A stretch of 63,947 nt of DNA, the filler included, from Perkinsus chesapeaki ATCC PRA-425 (taxonomy: Eukaryota; Protista; Perkinsozoa), in NCBI GenBank assembly GCA_013115145.1. It is 17 parts of 17 records of this genome, joined end to end, with 100 filler letters (N's around TTAATTAATTAA, not from the genome) between each part and the next. Parts side by side here need not be neighbours in the genome. Positions count along the whole stretch, not along the records: positions 28,011 to 36,146 come from JAAPAO010000989.1; positions 36,247 to 37,379 come from JAAPAO010002169.1; positions 37,480 to 43,418 come from JAAPAO010001117.1; positions 43,519 to 44,761 come from JAAPAO010002084.1; positions 44,862 to 45,966 come from JAAPAO010002199.1; positions 46,067 to 47,702 come from JAAPAO010001851.1; 11 more parts are not named here. One strand, written 5' to 3'. Each line of letters opens with the position of its first letter. Within the stretch, counting starts at the first letter, position 1. The notes beneath the pieces are model-generated. The model ran no database searches. It had not been told where the DNA came from and saw only the letters and a list, made by a program, of their open reading frames with translations. The translations under genes and the position numbers were made by a program. This document shows, one piece after another, positions 34,906-46,081 of this stretch.

Positions 34906-35307
34906 ATGATATTCACACTCATCATCCTCGGCTTATGCTGGTCCATTCAGGCTGACTACCCGTCCGGCTCATACTTCGAGAGGATCGATAATAAATACTG
35001 TGTTCAGACTTCATGGATGAACCAGCCGGGGTCTCTCCCCGACGTGGTGCTATCTATATGGTCTGATGGACATCAGCACCAGTCAGACCGTATGAATACT
35101 ATATCGAGTACACCCCACGAGTATCGCATTAAATCCGGTAAGAGCACCAACTCCTACAACAACTTCATGCGCGTGGTGAGTCAGCAGTTTGAGGGGGTTA
35201 TTCGCAACGGCGATTTATTTTCGTTTGACTACGACGACGACAAGAACACGGTGACTACGCTGGTTCAAGGTTCTCAAGTATCCCTCATTGACGGGTTTTG
35301 CGGTTAA
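34906..35307 (+). CDS. Small secreted protein (133 aa) with signal peptide
   Basis: MIFTLIILGLCWSIQA signal-like N-terminus, then DYPSGSY.., two Cys; ends FCG*. Confidence 0.65.
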   Translation: MIFTLIILGLCWSIQADYPSGSYFERIDNKYCVQTSWMNQPGSLPDVVLSIWSDGHQHQSDRMNTISSTPHEYRIKSGKSTNSYNNFMRVVSQQFEGVIRNGDLFSFDYDDDKNTVTTLVQGSQVSLIDGFCG

Positions 35308-36868
35308 CATCATTAACCTCGACTCCACTAATGTCATCGATACGCTTACACTCTTGTCTACCAACTAGAGGTATACATCTCTCAAATCTACGTGAGCAAT
35401 ATCAGACACGTATATGGTGGAGTCGTGAAGGCTCCGTGCACATTCTTAGCTATCCACTCCTTTCAGTTTGTTGTAAGGCGCAGAGCCCCGCAGTAGCCAA
35501 CAATCCATTGACTAATCAATACGATAACTCAAACGATTGCTGTGTCAGCAATTCTTGCGCCCGGATCATTTTGCAATCTGGCAGTCGTTGTGTTACTTAG
35601 TCTTCTTGGGAAAACCGTCAAGAACCCTAGGGCCCCTCCGCTACACCAGTGAAGGGTGAGGAGCAGAAGTGTGCCGAATATGTATAAACGATCCACGGGG
35701 ATTGACAATAGTTAGTCTACAGTTTCTCAATGAGATTTTGTCATACAATCAATGTATCCAAACTTCTCCGGTTCCTTGGAATCACTGTCCGTCCGAGCTG
35801 TCGAGTTGAGGTGAGCCTTGGAAAATATGACAATTTAGTGGAAGCGCGATTATTGTAAGTTCAACAAGATTTGGCTGCGCGAACGAGAATATAATCACCC
35901 TGACGACTATAGTGGTTCATACACCCCGTATGTATGAAGGGGTGTATCCGGGAGCCTGAATTAACTGACAGGAAATGAACATTGAGCTTGTTACATTGAA
36001 TCAACTAGCAATGAGATACTGTATCTGATGTAGTTTTGTGGGTTCTCGACTTTATGTCGCCAAATAGGCTAATAATAATCATCATTGCCTGCCTCTTAGT
36101 ATATAGTCTGGTATACACACTACCAGCTTGTTACGCTACAGCTTGGNNNNNNNNNNNNNNNNNNNNNNNNNNNNNNNNNNNNNNNNNNNNTTAATTAATT
36201 AANNNNNNNNNNNNNNNNNNNNNNNNNNNNNNNNNNNNNNNNNNNNTGATGCTCAACAAGGTATAGATTGTGGTTAGGAGTTACACAACACGTAATTCCA
36301 TGGACATTCCATGTTCGTGCGACATTAGGGAATCATCAGGTATTCAGGTATTGGTCAACAACTTTCACTTCGTACACTCCAAAAATTTTAAAAGGCAGTT
36401 GATGCGGCCGATCAACTGCATCAACTGCCTTTTAAGATTTTTCGCGCCGGCTCCGGCGGCGCTTCAATTCCCAGCTTACTCACGCCAGGAGCCCGTTCAA
36501 GTGCTCAACTGTTCCGAGTTCCGAGTCTGAGTAACTAGTTCCGAGTTCCGAGTCCGAGTTCTCCTAATCCGAGTACTTCTGTGCCTGCTCGGAAAGGAGG
36601 TTATTCCGAGATGTTTGGCTGAGTACTCAAACTGGGTTTCTAATCGGAGTGTTCAAGTGCGTGTTCGATTTCCTAGTAACTACTCGGAACGACATCCCTC
36701 ACTAGGAAAACTGTCCTTCACTTGCTTATTTGCCGAGAAGTTAACTCAAGGACTAGTTTCTTTCAAGATAGAAAAACTTGCATAAAACCTATTATAGATA
36801 TATCATTCTACTAATATATCTAAAAAAAAGTACACACGAAATTCACCCAGACGAAGGGCTTGAATCAC

Positions 36869-37378
36869 CTACTGTAAATCGGAGTCCACGTCTTCCACTT
36901 GCTCGGCCTTGTGTACGATCAAGAAGTTACGAAGAGCCACACAAGCCCGGACAGCATTTGCAGTGAGTTCCATGGAGTTCTCACCCGTCTGTCTCGGTCC
37001 CCTAATACGAAGATCCTTCAACGATCTGAACTGGCTTTTCAGTACTCCGATGCACCTTTCGACGACCGTCCTGGCCCTGCGGTGACGATCGTTGAACTCT
37101 TGTTGATCAACGGTGAGCACTCTACCACCGGCTCTCGAGTAAGAAAGTAAGCACTGGATCCATATGCGCTGTCACCAAGGAGAACGAGGTTCAAACCATC
37201 TGGCCTCCAACCGCTTTCAAGCCGCCGCCCAAGACTGGAGTTCCGAAACACTCGACTGTCGTGAACCGACCCTCCCCATCTAGACGAGAGGCTGCAGATC
37301 TCAAGAGAGTGCGAGCACACAACCTGGCAGTTCAAGGAATGCTCGTGATGCCTATTGACGAACGGTCCTTCAAGCTCT
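36869..37378 (-). mobile_element. PIF/Harbinger (HARBI1-like, DDE_Tnp_4) transposase fragment with frameshift
   Basis: NCQVVC..RWGGSVHDSRVF..LLGDSAY, frameshift near 37135, then EFNDRHRRARTVVERCIGVLKSQFRSL..CVALRNF; CCGAGT-type short repeats at ~36510-36610 may be subterminal repeats. Confidence 0.85.
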
Positions 37379-38968
37379 GNNNNNNNNNNNNNNNNNNNNN
37401 NNNNNNNNNNNNNNNNNNNNNNNTTAATTAATTAANNNNNNNNNNNNNNNNNNNNNNNNNNNNNNNNNNNNNNNNNNNNTGCAATTGCATGCACAGCGCA
37501 CTAGGATTGTGTCACGCGTGCACGCGACGTGCTGTCCGTGCACGCGTGCCGCCTATTGACGACCACAACACAACTACTTCGTAAACCTCACATTACAGTA
37601 CACAAAATAGATACATTACATACACATTACCTAAAATATAATTATATAAATACTGTATATAGATATTTGAACTCATCTGTTTGCTAGGTAATGGTAGCAG
37701 CTTTTCGCAGTGATCATCGTCGCATCGCCGTCTTTGCATTATTCTTACTCTTTCCTCCTCATATTTCCTGCACGACTGGTCGCCTCATCAGAGCTTATTA
37801 CGGTTGCCATTCTTTCAGATTTGGCCGGCTACGCTCCGCCGGGCGAGGAGTTCTGGTTTGACACTTTAACTGTCCATTGTGAAATATCGTCAATTAATTT
37901 ATCCGTGGACTTCACCATCCCCAGCTGCGGCCAAAATAACGCTGTTTTCATCGGTGAGTTTTTTCTTACTTCTTCATCTAAAGTGGCGTTTCAGGCACAC
38001 TGCGATCGGCTAGTCTCAATTACTCTTGGGAGCCCTCGTCTGTTGAGGACGGCAAGCCTTGTGTTGACTACCACTTCGCGTTGGCGGATTTCAGTCTGGC
38101 GATGAAGGTAGGAGTGTGTTTTCGAGGGACTATGACGTGTATTGACAACTGAGACGAACTATATATTAGAGCCTGGGTCCGTAGAGCGGGAAGTCGTTGA
38201 TGTCAGATATCAGGTGGTTCCGGAAGGGATACATCTTACGTTTGTTCCGTTTGGAGCACAAAGCATGGGGTAGCATCCCAAATATCTTTTACTGGTCGAC
38301 CACTCCCAATGCCTATGCTCGTGAAATCAATAATTTTCATCTCGAAGTTCGATACAGTTGAGAGTTTGGAGTTGAAGTCCATTTAGAATATCATCTTGCG
38401 CACTCTAAAAAGTTGCCACGAGTTTGGGTAACAAATCGAAGGAAAGGCTCTCTTAGAATCCCGATGCACCTTCGTCAACTTTGGAGAGGTCCTTCTCGTT
38501 TTCATCCGCTCGACCAGATGGCGGCGGGGGCAGTACAGGAAGCAGCAAGGTGAGGATGAGCGCGTCGGGTGTTCAGGATCTTCATGGTGCGCAGGACTCG
38601 GCAGGAAGCTCCTCCGTGGGGTCATCTCCGGTGATGTCACCGTCGTCGTTGGAGGTTTTAGAGGAAACATTCTTTGAACGACGTGGGGTGCATCGGTTAG
38701 TTGAAGGGCATAATAGGAGCTTTGGAGGTGAGTTGAGAGAAGAGCGGTATGACATGTTTTCGATTAAAACTTACCACAATGAAGAGTTGTGCGGGGCAGC
38801 GCCGACTGACCCTATTTGAATTCCCCGAACAGGAATGCCGTTTGATCGCTAGTGCAGGATGCAATATTAAAGACGTATTTAGTTATGAGCTAGTTATTCT
38901 TGGAAGGTAGCTGACAGTTGCCAAGATTCGTGTTGTGGAATTTCTGATTCCTGAAATCGGGTTGAGAA

Positions 38969-39040
38969 AGGGCGCGCCCGGATTTGAACCGAGGACCTGC
39001 TGATCTGCAGTCAGCCGCTCTACCACTGAGCTACACACCC
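38969..39040 (-). tRNA. trnC-GCA: tRNA-Cys(GCA)
   Basis: 72 nt GGGTGTGTAGCTCAGTGGTAGAGC..CTGACT-GCA-GATCAG..GGTTCAAATCC..GCGCCCT; cloverleaf. Confidence 0.95.
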
Positions 39041-40384
39041 TTACGTGATAACGGCAGTTTGCTGGGCGTGTTGGTGATGGTGTGCCTGTATGTTTTATCA
39101 TGTGTCTGTTAGTGGTCTGATTAATAAATATGCCAACAGCGCTTTAATATTTTAAGCATTATCGATATCTGATCGATGCATTTTCTGGAAGGGGAGAATT
39201 GGAAAGCTCTGTGTCCTATCTCGGTTGTGCGTCCGTGACAGCTCTTTACTGGGACCTATCTCACCCCATTGACTTTGAGGTCCGATAGTTGGAAGTCTGG
39301 AGAGGAATGCGTGCCGCTGTTATGCTGGGTTGTACAGTGAATAATGATCAGGCGAGAAGGCTGAAACTGAAGTGAAGGGCAAAAAGATACTCTACTGTGA
39401 TGAAGACGCCATTTCGTTATCCTTGCAAGAGGTGAGTAAATCGATCACGTGATCGATATGCGCTAACTGCCGGTCTGGTCAGGGTCTCAGTGTGGGTTCC
39501 ATTGCAATTGAACTTGATGGTGATGTGATTACGAGATTGAGGGGAGTGTCTTTGCCGGAGTTCCCGCGGCGACCGGCATGCCGCACCGCGCCGGCGCAAG
39601 ATGAAGGGTCGCCATTGCCCATAATAATGGTGAGTTTTTCACGCGCCACGAAATTCAAGGTGTGATGTCTTTAGGCGAAGGATCCTATTGGGATTGGAAG
39701 CATGTCGATTTGTTTGAAGCTGAGAGAATCTTACGAAGGAGAATCTTCTCGCACTTTGAAGATTTTGATGAAGTCGCTGGCGGTGGAGCGCAACATCTGC
39801 CGAGTTGAACAAGTCGTTATTTCGGACATTGATGGTGGGGCAGCTCCGTGAATTTAGTGGCGCAGTGACTCTCGTGCGGAAGTGTATTGTTTATTTTATA
39901 ATCTTCACTCGCCACAATTTTGCCGTCTTCTCACAGGTGAGGATGATCGAGTCCTTTTGGAGACTCAAACCGGTGCGGAAAGGGTTGGGGCTGCATGGAG
40001 CTTATGGCGAACTAGTACAGGTGACCGAAACACCGTATTCGGCTTTTCTTCATTTCTCGGTATTATTACTTTTTCCTTTTCTTCGATGTCTCGAATATAA
40101 TCGTTACGCCGCAGTGCGGAATCCGCACATATTGCTCAGCCCTCACCATGCCAATCTAACAGCCTTCCTGAATTCCAGGTCGAAAGTTTTATATGTTTCC
40201 GTTTCGGCCACTTGATTGGATTTAGTGCCTTCCGAAATTCGCCAGACGCTCACTCGTAACCCTAAAGTTGGTTGATTCTCACTTTGCAATCTTTAACTGT
40301 AACAAATCCTCCTCGCTACTTTCGCGTAAGTATCTCTAAACTTGTTTCTCAGACGCAATAGAAGCTCAACTTGTCCTACCTCGC

Positions 40385-41684
40385 TTGGCAGCACCGGTGC
40401 CTTGGCTGCCCGATAAGATCGGGACTTTAGCGAGGGCCTTCCTGGAATTCACGGATCAATTCTCCGACACTCCACGGAACGGCTGCCCGGTCGATCCGCC
40501 GCCCGCCCCAGTCGCCGTCACTGTTTTCGTGGACCGTCTTTCGGTGACGTTTGCGATGACCTCGGTTCGGGACTTTGACGTATCTTTTCGGATGTGTGCA
40601 TTTCGACTGGCTTCGACTGGAGCGATCAAACATTTGTCGATCGAAGCCGGCGAGATGTACCTTGGGTCAGTGGTGAGGTCATGGGCACTTAGAGATCTGG
40701 AGGCAACCAAGGAGTAGGAAAATTGTTAAACGTGAAACGCTTCGCTCCGCTAATGTTGCGCAGGTTCCCGAACTCCTGTGAGAAGGTGAATGAGTTCGTA
40801 CTGTGTAGTGTGGAAGCTCCATCTTTAAGAGTAGAAGTCGAGGTCCCTGAGCAGGGGGCTCCACCGCCGCGAGTGATTGTCACATTGAAGCGTAAGGCAG
40901 ATTTGGGCCGTAACGAATTGGTTCTGGCGGTGGTGGCGGTTGGCGGAGATCGTTCCAGGCCCTGTCCATGCGATATGTGGTGTATTTATACTCGTATTAG
41001 GAAATGCGCCGTATACTTGATGAAATTGCTGCTGCTGCTGTCGTTTGCATTAGTTATTTTCCTCGTACACACCGGGCCTTTTTTCCCGATTTTCCGATCG
41101 ATTAATGCACCTCGCTAAAGTGGTTCAGTGTGGGGACAATAGCGACTGAGTGTTCAGGTCAACACGGTTTGGTGAGGGCATCCGAGATCCCGACTTTGGA
41201 AGGTTTGAGGGAGTTCATGGACAGGATGATAGCTGAGGCGGGGCTCAGGAAGGACGCGGTGGAGTCTGGTGAAGACTCTCCGGGCATTTTTGTTATGGTT
41301 GAAGATTGCCTGGTGGAGGGAGGTGAGTAAGACGGTAGGGGTAGCGTCGGCTGTGTGGTCTAGTGGTATGATTCTCGCTTAGGGTGCGAGAGGTCCCGAG
41401 TTCAATTCTCGGCACAGCCCTTTTCAGATCTGCGCGATATCGCCCGTCTTGCCCCAAATACTGGCGGCGACTCCCCAACTGTCTGTCGAGACATCCGAGC
41501 TGCTGTCACCTTCACCGGGGAGGCCAATCTCTCTTCGACACCTCCAAACCTACCAACAAGAACAATTAGAGTGCATGTGGCTGAAGGAGCTGCGTGGCTG
41601 CTGGATGCGGAAGGATGCAAATTGGGAACAGATATTGTGATACGGGGGAGACCTCCGCCGCTGCCGCCAGGGTCGGGGGTTTGA
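40385..41684 (+). CDS. Hypothetical multi-exon protein; last intron (41323-41427) hosts tRNA-Pro
   Basis: Exon ..VEDCLVEGG|GTGAGT..TTTTCAG| joins in frame (G+AT=Asp) to an open exon ending at TGA 41682-41684; upstream exons approximate. Confidence 0.55.
41349..41420 (+). tRNA. trnP-AGG: tRNA-Pro(AGG), intron-nested
   Basis: 72 nt GGCTGTG..CTCGC-TTAGGGT-GCGAG..GAGTTCAATTCTC..CACAGCCC followed by TTTT. Confidence 0.96.
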
Positions 41685-42321
41685 AGCGGGCAGTTTTGTC
41701 GGTCTTTAACTCGCGTTGGAAGAGCCAACTTGTACGGTACGCTTTTGGTATTGTCACTTCCGAAGGAGATATCGTTTTTTTCCGGAAAATGTTCGAGTGT
41801 TAAATTAAGGTACACACGACTTCGGAATTGGTTTATGGAAATTAATCATTGCAATTATGGACTTGTCAATAGAACGTAATTCCTTCCCGATTGGGGTTCG
41901 TGTTTTTACTGAGTTAGCCATCAGTGTGTCTATCCTCCCAAAAGCCGGTGTTCCGACCATTTTCATTTCGATGAATTCTTCACCTCAGGTCCTCCCCTCG
42001 GCGGGTGCTAGTTCAGCTGGAAAGCTCCTGCGTGACTTAGGATACGCAACGATAGGAACTGTTAGAGGAGCGACAGTATCGGTGACCACACCGACCATAC
42101 CGGACACTCACATCGAAGCGAGGATTGTGATGGACATATTGCTGAGTGAAAGTGAGTAAATTGCTCTCCTTGTTGAGCAATTGTATTACTGATAAATCGT
42201 GTCAGTACTACCCCCAGCAAGCTTCGGTCGAATGTATCGTGTGTGTGAGTAGTTGCTGCTCTTTTCAGTTACACTGTGCGCGGACTCACTGGCGTGTCTG
42301 AGCACCCTGAGCACCTGGATA

Positions 42322-42858
42322 TCATCTCTGTCGTCTGGGCCGGATGATGCCTTGTCTACCGACGCTCCTGTCCTTTCTGAGGAGAGCCATCAACCTCATC
42401 AACCAACCGTCGAAGCAGCGGTAAGCTCTCTCGTCGATGTTCGTTATTGCCTGCTTTATAGCGTCCTCCACTTTGCGTGATTGAAGACTTTGACGGTGCC
42501 GAGCTCGGCCAGGAGACGCCTCTACTGACGCCGGCTCCTTCAGAGGAAGTTCTACCTGAGGAAAACTGGACAAGCGTGAGCAATCGGTAAATGAAAGTTC
42601 ATCACAGTTTTGCTCTAGAATCGGTCTGAAGTATCTGTCGAGGGCACCGAGGAGCCGGCGCCTACCAGGCGACAGACGCTGGACTGCTACGGTGGGGTGG
42701 AGACTAGCACCACGTTGTTTGCACCGTTCGATGGAGTACTTATCAATCGAGAACACTTTACTGCGATGTAAGGCGAGACTGAGGAGGAGAGATTGTGAGG
42801 CGTGAAACGGTTGATCGATTTGGCGGCCAACTCCTCCGTGTATATATAGGAAGCTCAC
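42322..42858 (-). CDS. Hypothetical protein exon (178-codon ORF)
   Basis: ORF length only; no motif recognised. Confidence 0.3.
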   Translation of the reverse strand: MSFLYIHGGVGRQIDQPFHASQSLLLSLALHRSKVFSIDKYSIERCKQRGASLHPTVAVQRLSPGRRRLLGALDRYFRPILEQNCDELSFTDCSRLSSFPQVELPLKEPASVEASPGRARHRQSLQSRKVEDAIKQAITNIDERAYRCFDGWLMRLMALLRKDRSVGRQGIIRPRRQR

Positions 42859-43327
42859 TTAGAGCGGGAATGGACGGGAGAGGAATTCAAAAATAACGGA
42901 AAACATCAAGTTCTAAATAATCTATTGAAGATTCATCTTCGGAAATGTATCGTAAATTCAAGGGTAAACGAGGCGTATTGTATTTGCTCATCTCTACTAC
43001 TGCTAATTCATGTATTCGTCATTCAGGTCGGCCTCGGCCGGCAACTCATCGGGCGCGAACACACCAAGCGAGGAGGAGGGTCGTCAGCATATGTACGCTC
43101 CCGTGGAAGGCCTGGAGCTCCGCGTCACGGCGTCACAATTTGAGATGAAGCTCTTCGAAGGACGGGATTGGAGCGACATTCCTGGTGGGACAATCGCGTC
43201 TTAGCAGCTGCGTTCGAGTTGTTTCCATGAATCCATGGTGCGGTTAGCCTCGGTTTCGAAAATTTTTGCGGAGGAGTTTGATAGGATGTATGTTAGGAAT
43301 TGGAGTACGGGTGCCATACTAATGTAT

Positions 43328-43418
43328 GTAAAGCTGTACCATAGTAGTAATGTAGGGTACATACCAGAACCATGTAAAGTTGTACCATAGCAGTAATGTA
43401 GGGTACATACCAGAACCA
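43328..43418. repeat. 46-bp tandem repeat, 2 copies, cut by gap
   Basis: GTAAAG(C/T)TGTACCATAG(T/C)AGTAATGTAGGGTACATACCAGAACCAT at 43328 and 43374. Confidence 0.9.
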
Positions 43419-43518
43419 NNNNNNNNNNNNNNNNNNNNNNNNNNNNNNNNNNNNNNNNNNNNTTAATTAATTAANNNNNNNNNNNNNNNNNNNNNNNNNN
43501 NNNNNNNNNNNNNNNNNN

Positions 43519-43591
43519 TCGTGAATTGGTAACTTAGATAATGATCAATTTCGTGAATTGGTAACTTAGATAATGATCAATTTCGTGAATT
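43519..43591. repeat. 32-bp tandem repeat, 2.3 copies, at contig start
   Basis: TCGTGAATTGGTAACTTAGATAATGATCAATT at 43519, 43551 and partial at 43583. Confidence 0.9.
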
Positions 43592-43633
43592 TTGATAATT
43601 TCTAGTCATATGGAGACATTCCATGAATTACAC

Positions 43634-44440
43634 TTACTTGGGTTGCTTGACGCCGCCATCCCTATCCCTGATGCTTTCGAGAACGTCGAGTGATTGTTTA
43701 CTGAACATAGGTACCCCTGGGCTGAAATGTTCCTGCTTCCTAATCTCCTCCAGCATTGAGAGATAACCACTGTCCGACCCTCTGTGGAAGCTGGTGAGGT
43801 ACAGCACATCCGGTTTCATATCTGCCCAAGTATTCGAGTGCCAGAAAGAGTAGGTGGGGAATGTGTCTTTCGGGTACGCCTTGGACTGTTCGCATAGTTC
43901 GACTGGTCCGAACTGGCATACATCACCGACGAACACTGTTGGAACGTTTCCAAACGGTAAATTGTCGGAGCCCATCTGTTGCCGGATTCTCCGAAAGGCT
44001 TGCGACATGGCATCAATGATGGTATCGTGGAGGCACATCACTTCATCCACGATGAGGACAGCTTTGTGACTGGCAACAGTGCGTCGATTCTCGCTAGGTA
44101 TCCTTGTTAACATTCGCCGCGCAAGTTCGTGTGGATCCCTCATGTATGCGTTATCCCCAACAATACCACTATCTTCAAATGTTAGACCAAAAAAGCCCAT
44201 CACTGTTTGTCCTCCGAGAGCTCGGGATGTTAGAGCGTTCCAGCTAAGTATTATAACATCGTGGTGGCTCGTTAAGCGCTTCACCAATTCTCGAGTGGCA
44301 TATGTTTTCCCAGTTCCGGGACCACCGGTAAGAAAGAAATAATTCCTTTCCTTGCTGTCATTCACCTTCCTCAGGATACGGCATACAGCTTCTTCCTGGT
44401 AAGTATCTAGAGACGCGCTACTCTGTGTTGTCGGCATCAC
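43634..44440 (-). CDS. PIF1-family SF1B DNA helicase, N-terminal motifs I-IV
   Basis: FFLTGGPGTGKT (Walker A), ALGGQTVMGFFGL, VLIVDEVMCL (Walker B), LPFGNV..FVGDVCQFGPV, YLTSFHRGSDSGYLSMLEEIR. Confidence 0.85.
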   Translation of the reverse strand: MMPTTQSSASLDTYQEEAVCRILRKVNDSKERNYFFLTGGPGTGKTYATRELVKRLTSHHDVIILSWNALTSRALGGQTVMGFFGLTFEDSGIVGDNAYMRDPHELARRMLTRIPSENRRTVASHKAVLIVDEVMCLHDTIIDAMSQAFRRIRQQMGSDNLPFGNVPTVFVGDVCQFGPVELCEQSKAYPKDTFPTYSFWHSNTWADMKPDVLYLTSFHRGSDSGYLSMLEEIRKQEHFSPGVPMFSKQSLDVLESIRDRDGGVKQPK

Positions 44441-45662
44441 GAGGGAAAGGATGTGAACGCTGGGAATAGAGGCATTCTGGCAGAGCCAGGTTCCGGCTCT
44501 TTAGATCTCGAGTTTCGCATATTCCGGTAATGTCGCGATGTTATGGATGGAAATTCCCTGCTCGGTTTGAGGCGAGCTCGGTAGAAGGTAAGGTGTAGGA
44601 TATGATGTAGTCGCGAATCGCGACTCGCGATTAGGATATTCGGCGAGGAATTTTCCAAGAGCAGTTATACAATATATAGTTGCCCTCGTATGGTTCCTGA
44701 ATATAGCCTATATTCATATTGGTATTGCTACAGTCGTTTTGCTTATGTTTGTGGTATCACANNNNNNNNNNNNNNNNNNNNNNNNNNNNNNNNNNNNNNN
44801 NNNNNTTAATTAATTAANNNNNNNNNNNNNNNNNNNNNNNNNNNNNNNNNNNNNNNNNNNNATTGGTTCATTCAGTGGAATAGCACACTAAAGCTTTGTT
44901 CATTTGGGTAGTGTACACAAAAAGTTGTTCCGGGAAACTACCTGGTCAAACGTCATCATGACACATCGAGATTAGCAACGCGAATGTGCCCATGAAAAAT
45001 TTCAGGTGGTAGCGCGTCATGGGTGACCTTTAGAAAGCCATGGTGGAGCAGGCCGCGGCGTGCGTCACGTCGGAGTTTCGAATCGGAACCTTCGAATGCC
45101 ATGCGAATATGAGGGGAAAGATCCTTTTTTCGATAGCCTGCAAGTCATTTACTCCTCGAGAGCTACCAGGCCAGGTCTGTATTTTACGCAGAAGTCTCTT
45201 GAACTGCTGCCGAGTGGCACGATCGCTATGTTAGGCCACTGTCTACCACAGGTTTCACAGGAATGATCTTGGGATTTTCTGGAATTAATCTTGCCCGCTG
45301 TACAGCTATTAAGGCGATGGGTTTAGTGAGGATGTTGAAGTATTCGTGAATTACTTCATGTCAGAAAGCAGTATCGAATAGTTGTCCCTCTCCCTCCACC
45401 GATACTGCCAAGCTCATAGGTGTGTTTACGTCTATATAAGAATGGTAATGCAAGCATTATGCAACACATGATGATCCAATATCCAGTGACATGCCAAAGA
45501 GATTTGGATCAAGACAACTTCAACAATAATATGGGAGATATTCGACGGCAAATTATCGATTGCACAAGAAAACCTTCCCATGCGCACGCGTGTAGATCTG
45601 CGTCTGCGTGCATAAGATGCCCCGCTCATCGCACGGGACTCTCGTTGAAGTCTATCTACAAC

Positions 45663-45966
45663 ATGACCAAAGTTACACCCGAGAAGACCAAGAACTGCCT
45701 CCTTGATTTTCATACCCCTCCGCTGCCCCCTAAGGGCAACGTCCTCACTGGCTGGTCTACTTTGACTAAGTCTATTATTGGCGCTGGTATGTTGAGTTTT
45801 GCCGATGCTCAAGCCGTCTGTGGTTGGACCCTCGGTATAATCCTTCTGTTCGTCTTTGCTGTATTATCCTACTTCTCTTTACATCTTTTAAGCAGATGTG
45901 CTATGGAGATGCCCGGTAAAAGGCTAAGCTACAGTACTATGGCAGTGGCTGCTGGATATCCAAGGA
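45663..45966 (+). CDS. Amino acid/auxin permease (Aa_trans) family transporter, N-terminal fragment
   Basis: TLTKSIIGAGMLSF..CGWTLGIILL..SLHLL..SYSTMA; cut by gap. Confidence 0.88.
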
Positions 45967-46081
45967 NNNNNNNNNNNNNNNNNNNNNNNNNNNNNNNNNN
46001 NNNNNNNNNNTTAATTAATTAANNNNNNNNNNNNNNNNNNNNNNNNNNNNNNNNNNNNNNNNNNNNGTGCTTTACGGTTTC

